Shown here: piece after piece, positions 52,161 to 64,000 of the stretch
Numbering within the stretch: the stretch's first letter is position 1
Layout of the letters: each line of letters opens with the position of its first letter
Source of the DNA: Mobula hypostoma
Lineage: Eukaryota
Direction of reading: 5' to 3'
Assembly (NCBI RefSeq): GCF_963921235.1
Contig: NC_086108.1
Location: forward strand, 60,576,001 to 60,640,000
DNA length: 64,000 nt
Notes under the pieces: model-generated
Databases searched by the model: none
Told to the model about the DNA's origin: nothing
Seen by the model: the letters and a program-made list of their open reading frames with translations, nothing else
Made by a program: the position numbers and the translations under genes

Positions 52161-52221
52161 TTTTTAAACATTCCATTGTGAAGTACAATGTTGGTTTACT
52201 TCACAATGGAGTGTTTGAAAA
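52161..52221 (+). repeat. 25-bp stem hairpin with 11-nt loop
   Basis: tttttaaacattccattgtgaagta pairs with tacttcacaatggagtgtttgaaaa, with two G-U pairs. Confidence 0.85.
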
Positions 52222-53159
52222 ATGCTAAATTATCCTTTGTAGCTTGAAAGCTTCAGTGTTCATCAAAAGACAGAAAAATATTGATATTTATCCAAAAATA
52301 AAAGTCACTAATATGTGTCCATAACACCCTGGAAGTCAAAACCTGTTCAAGGGCAGTGTGGAGGATGTACAGCAGATAATAATTTATTCTCTCAATGCAA
52401 ATATATTTTTTTAAAGTTTAACAGGATTTCTGGAATTCTGTATTTATTCCCGAATGATTTGAACTCAATTAGAGATTAATATTCCATTATTAAACTTATT
52501 ATGATTAACTTTTACTTTAGCAAAAGAAGATCTGACTTAAAAACGGAAAGAATTTCATATCAAAGTTGCTGGTGAATGCAGCAGGCCAGGCAGCATCTCT
52601 AGGAAGAGGATCTGCAGAATTCCTATTGTTTAAGAGTTTCATATTATATTTTGTTTAAACTAAAAAGTTAAAAACAAGAGACATTGCAAAAATGTTTACC
52701 TTTCATGGTGAAAATTCAAACTGTACCTTGTTCAAGTTGAGCTGCAATTCCATTTTTTTCCAGCTGATAAATGATTGGATGGAAAATAAACTTCTTTTTC
52801 ATATTAAAGTTAAGATGAAAGCTAGTATCTTTACCACAGCAAACACATTTTTATTCAGCTTTTCTTAGCCAAGCTTGAATATTGGTCATTAGGTAGTCAT
52901 AGTCATCTTGACATACTGTAGATTGCTACAATGTTGATCTGAATATAATCTACTCCAGACGAAGAGAGAGGACTTCCTCAGCTTCTTGATAATCTTGGAG
53001 ATTCACAAATTATTGCTGCTTTGGTTATTTGCATATCTTTTCTTTTATAGCGACTTGTCATGCAAATTACTTAAATTTGTAATGGATCCATAAACTGTTT
53101 GTATTATAACCCAGTTTGCTCCAGTCATTGTTACATGTGCTATTTATTCTCTATGCAAG

Positions 53160-53259
53160 GTATAATGCTTGGAAGGATGGGGAAGAATGGAATGCCATTG
53201 GTTAGCTTCTGTCAGTGCTTGAATGAATCTGTGATGAAGATTGTAGCTATTGCTACATG
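53160..53259 (+). CDS. SLC1A7: EAAT5-like coding exon 6
   Basis: Acceptor gcaag|, (G)IMLGRMGKNGMPLVSFCQCLNESVMKIVAIAT, donor TG|GTGAGT; 100 nt. Confidence 0.94.
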
Positions 53260-53599
53260 GTGAGTTTCCGCCAGAGGCATAATTTAGCCTAGAACATATT
53301 CTTCCACCCCTCCCCTAAGGTCATTGATTTACAGGTCAGATAGCTTGGCTGCCAAGTATAAGTTTACATGAAATTACCGAGCTAATTTACATCTTTACAA
53401 ACTTAATGGTTCATATGCTTGGAAGATGTGATCAGTAAATGCTAATCTTTATTTTGGTGAGAAACATTAAAGGTAACATGCATCTTCCAACTATTTTATT
53501 GATATTAGTACACTAAAATTCAGTGTATCATGAATGTGTATTGATGTCTCTGTCATTCCGTACTTAACAGGATTACCAGGATATTCAGGAAAATATCAT

Positions 53600-56500
53600 A
53601 ATTTTGTTATGATCATTAACAGATAATAATATTGATTGCAGAACACTTCGGTTTCATAAACAGAATCAAAAGAAAGAGGAGCCCATTTCAGATTATGTAG
53701 GTGAAAGGAATAAATTGTCTGAGCATTGTCAGTGCAGTGATGGGCTGAATGATGTATTGAGAGATCATTTAGTTTGAGGAATCTTACAAGAAAGCATTCA
53801 AATATGACTCATAACTGAAGTACAATTCACATTTAGAAGAGCAGTTGAAATTGCTGTACCAATGGAAACAGAAGCCAGAGATACAATTGAGTTGCAGTCA
53901 GGAATGAAAGTGAGTGTGAACAAAATTGCAACATCTAAGCAAAAACCTGCCTGGTTGAAAAAATTGTGTTACTAATGTGGCAGGGACTTATATATACCAG
54001 ACCAATGCAGGTTTAAAAACAAAACTTGCAGAAAATGCAATAAAGTAAGACACATCCAAAGAGCATGTCGGGCAGACAAAAATAAATGGACTGCACAAAG
54101 AGAAAACGATAAAAATTTAAGTTGCAGTTTCAAAAAGAGCACCAATTTGCACGCTGTTGATGAAAAATCAGATAATGATGAGAGTGTTGCAGGACTGAGA
54201 AGCCTTGGGATTTACAATGTGAGAACGGACAATAGATACGCAATATGGCTTGCACCAGACGTGAATGGCAAATTAATTAATATGGAATTCAGTCATTCCA
54301 CAAAATAATTTTGAGTGGCATTTCAAAGATATTGAACTGAAGCCTGAAAATATCCAACAAAGAACTTTTAATGGAGAAAAGATAACTCCTGTGGAAAATT
54401 GAATTCATGACAGTGAAATACAACAACCAGCAAGCCACATTGGGCTTGTATGTGTCAAAAACAGGAGGGCCAGCATTGTGGGGCCATGATCGGCTGAGAC
54501 AACTGCAACTTGACTGGAGATCCATCCACCATTTGCATGCCACATCCCCTGCAACAGAGTCAACTGAAAGTGAACTAGGAAAGGTACTGGATGATATCAC
54601 AGCAGTGTTTAGGGATGGCATTGGAAAACTCAAAGATATCAAGGGTAAACTAGTGTTAAAGAAAAATGACACACCTGAGTTTTACAGAGCCCGTCTGGTT
54701 CCTTCTACCATCCGTGATAATGTAGCCAGTGAGCTAGATCGCGTGGGGGCTGAAGGAATTCTTTCCAAGGTTGAATGGAGCCCGTGGGCAATACAAAGAA
54801 GGATGGGTCTGTCAGGATAGGTGGTGATTTTAAGGTCACCATCAACCCAGTACAGAAAGTAGATCAATGCCCAGGATAGAGGATATCTTTGTAAACCTTT
54901 CAGGAGAAATATACTCAAACAAAGTGAACTTAGCTGAGGCCTACCTATAGATGGAGATGGAAGGAGGGTCCAAAGTGTTTCTCACCATAAACACTCGCAA
55001 TGGGCTTTATCGCTATAATAGGCTTATTTTTGGAGTAACAGCTGCACTCTGGCAGACAGCAATGGACCAGGTGCTGCAAGGAGCCCAGGCACTCAGTGTT
55101 ACTTCAATGACAACTCAATTTTCAACCAGTACTTATATGGGAGATTACTGTCATTGCTGATCATCAACCACTGGTGTCCATTTTCAATGCACAGAAGGGT
55201 GTTCCACGAACAGCAGCAGCACAAAAGCAGGGATGGGATCTGTTTCTGTGGGGACACAATTATAAAAATCAAATTCAGGAGGACAACTAATCATGGAAAT
55301 TCTGATGGATTGTCCCTTCTGCCCTTGGAAAGGGAAATAACTGAAATATTTACAAAAGTGGGCATTTCTCTTGAGATATTCTCCCTAAGGCAAATCAAAA
55401 GTCTCTCTATTACGGCAGGGATAATCCAAAGGGAAACCAGAAAAGACCCCACACCGTCTCAGTCCACATGACAAACCAAAATGGCTGGAATGTGCAACAG
55501 AAATTCCAGTTCCCCCATTTTTTTTTACCAGCAATGGCATGAGCTTGCCCTTGATAGTGGTTGCTTTACGTGAGGACTGAGAGTCATTGTTATACGATCC
55601 AAATTGAGGGTTAAAGTGTTGGAAGAGCTACATGCTAGTCATCTAGTTGTAGTCAAAATGAAAACATTACCTCAAGGCTTTGTCTAGTGGCCTGGGATAG
55701 ATCTACAGATCAAGCAGCTCACCATGCACTGTTTGGAATGGCAACACGTCCAGAAGATGCCAAGAGCAGCGACTCTCCTTCCCAGGGAATGGCCCTGACA
55801 GAGGATTCATGTGGATTTTGCAGGAGCATTCATGGGCACAAATTTATCGGTGGTAGTGGATGCAGCTACAAAGTGGCCATAAGAGTTTTCAATAGCCTCC
55901 ACTACAGCCTTGCACACTCTTGATGTGTTGAGCAGCCTCTCCTCAAGGACATTGTTAGTCATTAACAATGGACTACAATTTGCCACGCAACAGTTTCATG
56001 AAAATGAACGGAATAAGACACATTACATCCCGTATCTCCCAGTTGCAAAAATCTTGGTGGTAAAAGTTTATCCAGAGTCTAAAGGATGCACTTTGATCAA
56101 TGTCAGCAGAACACACTATACTGGCACTGAATCAGAGGTTCACAGGTTCCCCCTTACATATCACAATGCAATACACTCCACAACCAACTACTCACCAGTT
56201 ATCCTGTTCGTGGATCATCTCTTGTGCTCACACTTGGATCTCTTCAAACCCAATCTCAGAAGGAGATTGCAGGACAAACAGCTGAGATAAATTAAGGACT
56301 CCTTATACAAGGAGGTTCGATGTTTCACTCCCGGACAAGCAGTCTTGGTGAGGGACTATGCAGGTGATCAAAAGTGGGTACTTGGAAAGATTAACATCAG
56401 AACTAGACCACTCTCCTACACAGTGGAGAATGTGTCTGATGTCTTCCTGAGATAACGCATCGATCTGTTGAGCAAAGCAGAGTCAGTTGCTAGAGAAGAA

Positions 56501-57088
56501 AAATGTCCAGAGCTGTCAGAACCATTTCCTGCAGTCCCAGATTCAACTCCCACAACCACCACAGAGGAGGCTCCAGAACCTGAGATTGTTTCACAGCCAC
56601 AAGTCTCACCTGCCAGGCAGATTGACTCCACTTGTCAGGAAAGATGTTATCCCACAAGAGTAAGAAATCCTCCATAGCAATTAAATCTTCAGGCCAGAAT
56701 GGGACAATTTAAAATTTACTATGCCGTGGATGCCTATGTAGTAGTTGTATTATATAGTATGCCATATATATAAGATAACGAGAGAGCAATAAGTTACATA
56801 TTGCATTTGTGTTCTATAGTGAATTGGAGTTTATAGCTAAGCAGGGAGGAGTGTCCTCTATTTAATATTTTAGTAATATTTGAGTAATATTATAAATATA
56901 TTGTTTGATGTCACATTCATTATATTTTACATAATTCATTATAGGCTATATGTAAGAAGTACGTGAATGCCATACGTCAATATGTCACTATGTCATACGT
57001 GAGCACCTCACTAAAGTAAAAACTAAGCCCATGCATCCTAGTCCCATGTTTTTCTTTCAATGAGTTTTCAAAGTTACAAAACATTACA
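53600..57088 (+). mobile_element. Degenerate Gypsy element with 3' LTR
   Basis: Twin Zn-knuckle remnants near 53965-54070, protease/RT remnants (FLTINTRNGLYRYNRLIFG), integrase remnant, PPT aagcagggagag then TG-started LTR at about 56852-57088; 5' LTR not found. Confidence 0.8.
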
Positions 57089-57264
57089 GATTCCTTTGTT
57101 ACTTTGAAATGCATTGTGCCAATCTACTGTAAAACTAATGATTATTTATATGCATAATGTAATGTGTTTCATTGCATCTGAAAAAATAATTTTGACCAAC
57201 TTGTGTATTGACCAATGTGTATATGTGAATGAACTATTCTATTCAATAATCTAAAGAAACAGAA

Positions 57265-60200
57265 TGTAGGTTTTCACCAATAAAACAAGGTGAGGCATTT
57301 TATGTTTAATGAAACCCATAGCATATTTCATTGAACTCCAAAACCTAAACACAAAAGTGCACTAAGAATCCTTATGTAACAACATCGTCATGTCAGACCA
57401 GCCTCTTAAAGTGAAACCCCAACTCAACTGGCGGTGGTTGTGAATTATGTACATTTCTCCCAATTATGTTACCCTACACAGGCCCCCCCCACGACCCCCG
57501 CCCCCAGAATTCACTAAAACCAGCATTGTGAGCCTGTCTGGAGCTCGGACGAGCGGCCCAGCTCAGAGCCTGTGTTCCATGGGTGGAGGAACAGCAGGAG
57601 CCTCTGGCTCGTCCACGGGTGTGATGACACGCTCGTGGCCATGTCGTGGCAGCAGGGCCACGGCAGCGGAATACTCCAAACCTTGGTGGGCCAGTTTGAG
57701 GCAGTCTACTGAAATACATTCAGGTTTACCCTTCTTATCTATGATAAAAGTCTTTTCTCCCTGTTCAAGAACATGGAAGAGGCCATCGTAAGGAGGCCTA
57801 AGAGGATGTTGGTGTGCATCATGGTGGATGAAAATAAACGAGGTGGGATGTAGGTTACAGGAACCCTAGGGTGCTGTACGCCATGATGGGAGGAAGGAAT
57901 AGGTGAAAGGAATTGAAATTACTGAGGAGCGTGGAACGCTCCTGAGAGGTCAACCAGATGGTTATGGCATCAGGAATGAGATCACCTGGCACTTGTGACG
58001 TCTGCCAGTATAGCAACAGACGACTGCAGGTCCTCTTTTGGAGCTGTTCTGAGCCCCAGCAGGACCCATGGGAGATGATCACGCCAACACTCATCGGCCA
58101 GGGAAGCCCTCAGAGCAGCCTTTAAGAAGCGGTGAAACCCCTCACGTAGGCCATTGGACTGCGGGTGATTCGCCGCGGTGTGATGTAACCTAATGCCAAA
58201 GTACTGAACAATCGCAGCCCAGAGGTTTGAAATGAATTGGGGACCGCGATCAGAGGAAATAACAGATGGGGTGCCAATCCAAGCAGCCCAGGTGCTGATG
58301 AATGACCAAGCCACGTCTGTGTCTGTCGTCGATGCAAAGACGGACAACCTCTGCCCACCTGGTGGTACAGCCCACCATGGTAAAAAGGTGTGTGAAACCA
58401 CGGGAGGGGTTAAGAGGACCAATGAGGTCCACATTGACAGGGACCTCAAAAGGTGCTAAATCTGCCCGAACTTGATGGTTAATTTTTGCCTGCTGGCACT
58501 CTACACAAGCTGCAGTCCAATCACACACATCCTTTATGAGGCTGTGCCAAACAAGCTTTGGTGCAACCAGTTCCTGCGAAGCCTTCTGGACCTGATGTAA
58601 GAGGCCATGTATGGAGCCAAAACCTGTCTGTTTCCAACTTGCAGGCGCTATGGGGTGAGGGCAACCAGTTGAGACATCGCACAGCAGAGAAACCCCAGCT
58701 CTCCTGAACTTAATGTCAGCCAACTGCAGGCCCATGGCTGCTGTTCAGTAAGCCTGGACCTCTGCATCAGTAACTTGGTTGGCTGCCATGCCAGCATAAT
58801 CAACCCCTATGTGTACAACCTCAACAGCTGGCTGTGAGAGGCAATCGTCCACGGCATTATCTTTACCCTTGATATGTTGTATATCCATTGAGAACTCAAA
58901 TATGTACACCCAGTGACACTGCTGCTGTGCAGACCAAGGGTGTGATATTTTGGCCATCACCTGCACAAGGGGTTTGTGATCAAAGAACGCTGTGAAATGG
59001 TGTCCCTCGAGAAGAAAATGAAAATGGTAGACAGCTAGATAGAGACAGGAAGCTCACGGTCAAACGTGCTGTACTTCCTTTCAGGGGGACGGAGCTGCCG
59101 GCTGAAGAAGGTGAGTGGCTGCCACACGCCTCTGACCAACTGTTCGTGCACAGAACCCACAGCATAGGCTGAAGTGTCAGTCGTAATGGCTATGGGTGCG
59201 TTGGGGAATGAGTGCACCAGTAGTGTTGCGTTAGAAAGAGCTCATTTGGTATAATCGAATGCCCTGGTCATGTCCGCTGACCAGTCAAGCACTTGATTAG
59301 AGGTATTGCCTTCAAGCGCACTATACAGGGGGAGCATAAATTCAGCAGCTTGTGGAATGAAGCGGTGATAGAGATTCACCATACCTAAACGCTCCTGTAG
59401 TTTCTTAGTAGTGCAGGGTGGTGGGAAACCCATAATAGCGGCTACTTTTGATGGGAAGGGTCTCTGCGGAGATGCGATGGCTGAGAAAGTCAATGGTTGA
59501 CAACCAAAACTGACATTGAGCAGGGTTAATAATCAACCCCTGTTGGCTGAAGTTGCTCAAAAAGTGTGCGGAGATGAGATTCGTGTTCTAATTTGGATGC
59601 ACTGCTGGCAAGTATGCTATCCAGGTAAACAAAAAGATATTTTCAGTCTTTTAATGCAGAGTTCACCAGCCGTTGGAAATTCTTTGTTGCATTTTTCAGT
59701 CCAAACGAATGTGCAGAAAATCAAAAAGACCAGACAGGGTTATCACAGCTGTCTTGGGAATGTCCACTGAGCACACAGGCACCTGATGGTGGCTCCTAAC
59801 TAGATCGACTTTGGAAAAAAATAAATTTTCTAGCTAAACATGTCGAAACATGTGTGGGACCGGGTAGATTGGGGGTGGTGGCCTCATTAAGGCATCGGTA
59901 ATCACCACATGGGCGTTCAACCACCATTGGGCTTAGGGACCATACAGAGAGGTAAAGCCCAGTGGCTAGTTGACCAGCGTACATTTCTGAGTCTTTCCAC
60001 GTTGCCACCTTTTCTGGGTCCAGCCTACGGGCACAGGCATGGACTGGCAGACCATTTCTGGGAATGTGGAGCTTGACCCCATGTTTTTGTGACTGTAGTG
60101 GAGAATGGGGGCTTGGTGAGAATGGGGAATTGGTCCGGAAGTCAAGTAAACTCACATGCAGTAATGCGTGTGCTTGACAGAGTCATAGTGGGGAATGACC

Positions 60201-61356
60201 CAACTATGAGGGAGCAGGGTAATGACCCAACTTTCTTGACATTCACACGCTGGCAGTTCTTAAGGTTGACTAACAGTCATTGGGCACACAGAAAATCTGC
60301 ACTGAGCAGAGGTCTAGCCACTTTAGCCAGAACAAAGGCCAATATGTAACGTCACCCATGGAAGCACAGTGTCACCTGTCCTGTTCCGTAAGTCTGGATC
60401 CTGCTGCCTCTGGTGGCCTCCAGTGAGGTTTCATTGCTCTCTGTTTTCTCATCAATAGGTGACACTGGCAGCACACTCACTTGAGCACCCTTGTCACACA
60501 AGAAGCATTGCCTCTAAAGGGTCTCTGTAATGAACAGTAGATGGCCCTGGCAGCCACGGTGTTCACAGACCTCTGATGTCCCGATGCACTGGCACTATTG
60601 AAGCTGCAAGGCGGTTGGCACTTCCTAGCGCTCCTAACAAAGCGAGCACAGTAAAAACAGAGGCCTGGCGTCATCTGTTTCGCAGGCACGGGAATCCTTA
60701 TTTTGGGGCCTTGCTAACTGGTCTTATTGAGGCAGGGAAAGGAGGAGGAATGATGCACTGCAGCCTAGATGAGTGTAGACTATCAGCCATTTTAGCAAGC
60801 TCCCAGTTGTCCTTCACAGGTGTATTAGCGAGGGCTAGGCGAATTTTATCAAGCACTTGCTGCATGGAGTTCTTTAAAAATAAAACAAGGATGGTTATTT
60901 CTCAGGAGAGATGGCATGTGGTCCATTAGCTCTGAAGGTCTAGGATCACTGAGACTGGGTAAGGAGAGCAAATATTTGGCATGCTTAAACTCTGACAGTC
61001 CAGAAGTCTGGTGGTGTCTTCAGCAGTGATTCCTCACAGAGCAAAATGGGCCTCAGCTTGTACAAACCAAGCGACAGCATTTTGTTCCCAAAACTCCAGC
61101 AGTTTCAAAGTGACTGCATTGGCCAACGTGTTGAGTAACTCTGGAATTGTCCTAGAGCATCGGGGTCACCAATGTAGGTTTTTGCAAATAAAACGAAGTG
61201 AGGTGTTTTATGTTTAATGAAACCCGTAGCACATTTTATTGAACTCCAAGCACTAAATCTCGTTACGTAATAATGTCATCATGTCCGACCAACTTCTTAA
61301 AGTAAAACCCCAACCCAATGTGAACCCAATATTTCTCCCAATTATGTTACCCAACA
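57265..61356 (-). mobile_element. Gypsy LTR retrotransposon, both LTRs present, decayed ORFs
   Basis: LTRs 57265-57478 and 61173-61356, 4-bp TSD agaa, tRNA-Trp-type PBS tggtgaccccgatg (61158-61171), gag-PR-RT-RH-IN remnants (RPCGDYR.LN, TTDTSAYAVG, SDRGPQF). Confidence 0.92.
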
Positions 61357-61680
61357 AGAACAGCAATCTTAGTAAAATTCTAAACTTTTGAATTATTTAA
61401 ATTATATTTTTCAAAAATATGTTCATAGGTTATTTAACATAGATTTGCTTAAATCTCTGAAGACGTGAAAGTAATTAAGACAATATCCAATATTTGCCCC
61501 CCAATCAATTACTGACACAATGATTAACAATATTTTTCTTATCTCTGAAAGCCATTTTAATCCTTACAGTCATTCCCATGGTTTTACATAAAGACTGTCT
61601 AAATCATGAGCTAGTCTTTTAATTTTGCTTTTGCATCCATGTTTGTTTTGCTTCATTAATTACACTTTTCTATCTTTTAG

Positions 61681-61914
61681 CTATTTCCCATTAGGCATAG
61701 TATTCCTGATTGCCGGCAAAATATTGGAGATGGATGATCCTACAGCCATTGGAAAGAAATTGGGTTTCTATGCAATCACAGTTGTATGTGGTCTTGTGGT
61801 TCACGGGCTACTTGTTTTACCCATGGTGTACCTCCTTATCACTAAGAAAAATCCAATTGTTTATATTAGAGGAATTCTTCAAGCTTTGCTCATAGCTTTG
61901 GCTACTTCTTCAAG
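61681..61914 (+). CDS. SLC1A7: EAAT5-like coding exon 7
   Basis: Acceptor cttttag|, [20 protein letters not shown]...[15 protein letters not shown], donor AG|GTATGT; 234 nt; the gene continues past the window end. Confidence 0.96.
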
Positions 61915-61974
61915 GTATGTTGCATGTTATCTGATTGCTCTCAATAATCTATTAACCAACCAGCTCTATAATCA

Positions 61975-63385
61975 AAGTCGCATTTAATATCACCGGCATA
62001 TGTCATGAAATTTGTTAACTCAGCAGCAGCAGTACAGTGCAAAACATGACAAATATAGAAGAAAAAGAATTACAGTAAGTATATTTATGTATATTAAATA
62101 GTTAAATTAAAAAGAGTGGTGCAAAAACAGAAATAATAAAAAAGTGAGGTAGTGTTCACAGGTTCAATATCCACTTAGAAATTGTATGGCAGAGGAGAAG
62201 ATGCTGTTTCTAAAGCGCTGAATGAGTGCCTTCAGGTTTCTGTATCTCCTTCCTGATGGTAACAATGAGAAGAGGGCATGTCCTGGGCGATGGGGGTCCT
62301 GAATAATGGATGATGCCTTTCTGAGGTACTGCTCCTTGAAGATATTTTGGATACTATGGAGGATATCATCCATGGTGGAGCTGACTAATTTTACAACTTT
62401 CTGTAGCTTCTTTCGATCCTGCGCAGTAGACCCGCCCCCCACCCCCATACCAGACAGTGAGATGGTGATGCAGCCAGTCAAAATGCTCTCCACACTACAT
62501 CTGTAGAAGTTTTCGAATGTTTTAAGTGACAAACCAAATCTCCTCAAAATCCTTATGAAATATAGCCACTGGCTTGCCTTCTTTATAGCTGAATTGATAG
62601 GTTGGGACCAGGTTAAATCCTCAGAGTTACTGACAACCAGGAACTTGAAACTGCTCATTCTCTCCACTTCTGACCCCTCGATGAGGGTTGGTTTGTGTTC
62701 CCTCGTCTTACCCTTTCAGAAGTCTACAATCAGTTCTTTAGTCTTACTAATGTTGAGTGCAAGTTTGTTGCTGTACCACCACTCAATTAGCTGGTATATC
62801 TCACTCCTGTACACTCTCTCATCTCCATCTGAGATTTTGCCAACAATCAGCAAATTTATAGATGGATTTGAGCTATGCTTAGCCACACAGTCATGGGTAT
62901 AGAGAGAGTAGAGCAGTGGACTAAGCACACATCCCTGAGGTGTTCCAGTGTTGATCATCAGTGAGGAGATGTTATTACCAATCTGCACAGGTTGTGGTCA
63001 TCCAGTTAGGAAGATGAGGATCCAATTGCAGAGGTAGGTTCAGAGGCCCAGGTTCTGTAACTTATCAATCAGGACTGTAGGAACGATGGTGTTGAATGCT
63101 GAGCTATAGTCAATGAACAGCATTCCGACATAGGTGTTTGTATTGTTCTGGTGGTCTATGGCTGCATGAAGAGCCTTTGAGATGGTGTCTGCTGTATACC
63201 TACTGTAGTGATAGGCAAATTACAGTGCCTCTTGGTCCTTGCTGAGGCAGGAGTTGATTCTTGCCATAACCAACCTCTCAAAGCATTTCATCACTGTAGA
63301 TGTGAGTGCAACTGGACGATAGTTGTTAAGGCAGCTCACACTGATCTTCTTGTGCACTGGTATTATTGTTGCCCTTTTGAAGTGG
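61975..63385 (-). mobile_element. Rex1/Babar-type LINE, 5'-truncated
   Basis: LNNYRPVALTSTVMKCFERLV, GTPQGCVLSPLLYSLYTHDC, FYRCSVESILTGCIT. Confidence 0.92.
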
Positions 63386-63859
63386 AGAGGGGGTAAATCT
63401 TCTGACCATAGCAGCTGGACAACGTTGGCCTCCACCTGTCAGAGAAATTCCCTTTGTCCTCTCCTCTCTCACCTTCCCTTCCCCGCAACTTTCTTTTTCA
63501 GTTTTCCAAGGAAAGAAGAAGATGTGAAACGTTAACTATGTTTCCCTTTCCACAGATGCTACCTAACCTGCTAAGTAAACTTACCTAGTATTTTCTGATT
63601 TTATTTTATGCTGCATGATCTTTTCAAATACAATAGATTGTAGTTAGATGGTCTATCAGTTAATTGGGACTGGCATTTATTTAGGATAACTCTTAAAGAT
63701 GAAAAACAAATCAAAAAAATAGTTGGGAATTCCCTTGTTTATTTGGGACAATATGACACTTAATTGGAGCAGGAGACTGTTGCCGAGCATTTTCCAACAA
63801 GCATCTGTTGCTGTTTGACACTACACCATGCTTAGAGCAAACAGTTTTTAAATAGTAAA

Positions 63860-63995
63860 CATGGGAAAATCTGCAAATGCTTGAAGTCCAAAGCAATGCA
63901 CACAAAATGCTGAAGAAACTCAGCAGGTCAGGCAGCATCTATGAAAAAGAGTAAACCATTGATGTTTCAGTCCGAGACCCTTTATCAGGATTCCA
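63860..63995 (-). mobile_element. Penelope pseudo-LTR fragment with decayed hammerhead motif
   Basis: aaaatgctgaagaaactcagcaggtcaggcagcatcta...gtttcagtccgagaccctttatcagga. Confidence 0.7.
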
Positions 63996-64000
63996 GTTTG

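Noticed and set aside
52197..52221. Resemblance of the hairpin arm to miR-122 (tggagtgt...tttg)
   Set aside because: Only short word overlap; the order and precursor context do not match.
63640..63860. Tigger-like DNA transposon end (ttaattgggac repeats)
   Set aside because: Too short and degraded to define termini or a TSD.

Overview
Vertebrate genomic DNA; the repeat content points to a cartilaginous fish, probably a batoid ray (inference). The window holds coding exons 1-7 of an SLC1A7/EAAT5-type glutamate transporter gene on the + strand (ATG at 4026, exon 7 ends at 61914). All splice sites are GT-AG and the phases join into one open frame; the remaining exons lie beyond the window. The introns are packed with transposons. 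These include Rex1/Babar-type and CR1 LINEs, V-SINEs, an I/Nimb-clade LINE with RNase H, a HERO-like LINE with a restriction-like endonuclease, three Gypsy LTR elements (one young, with Gmr1-type domain order), Tc1 and hAT DNA transposons, and Penelope pseudo-LTRs carrying minimal hammerhead ribozyme motifs. No clearly new biological system is demonstrable from sequence alone. The best leads are the hammerhead cluster, the Gmr1-like element with asymmetric LTR CpG decay, the HERO-like element, a non-coding retroposon family, an intronic 25-bp hairpin, a possible D-loop NUMT and a Trp-to-Cys change at a split codon. Edges of degraded repeats are approximate.
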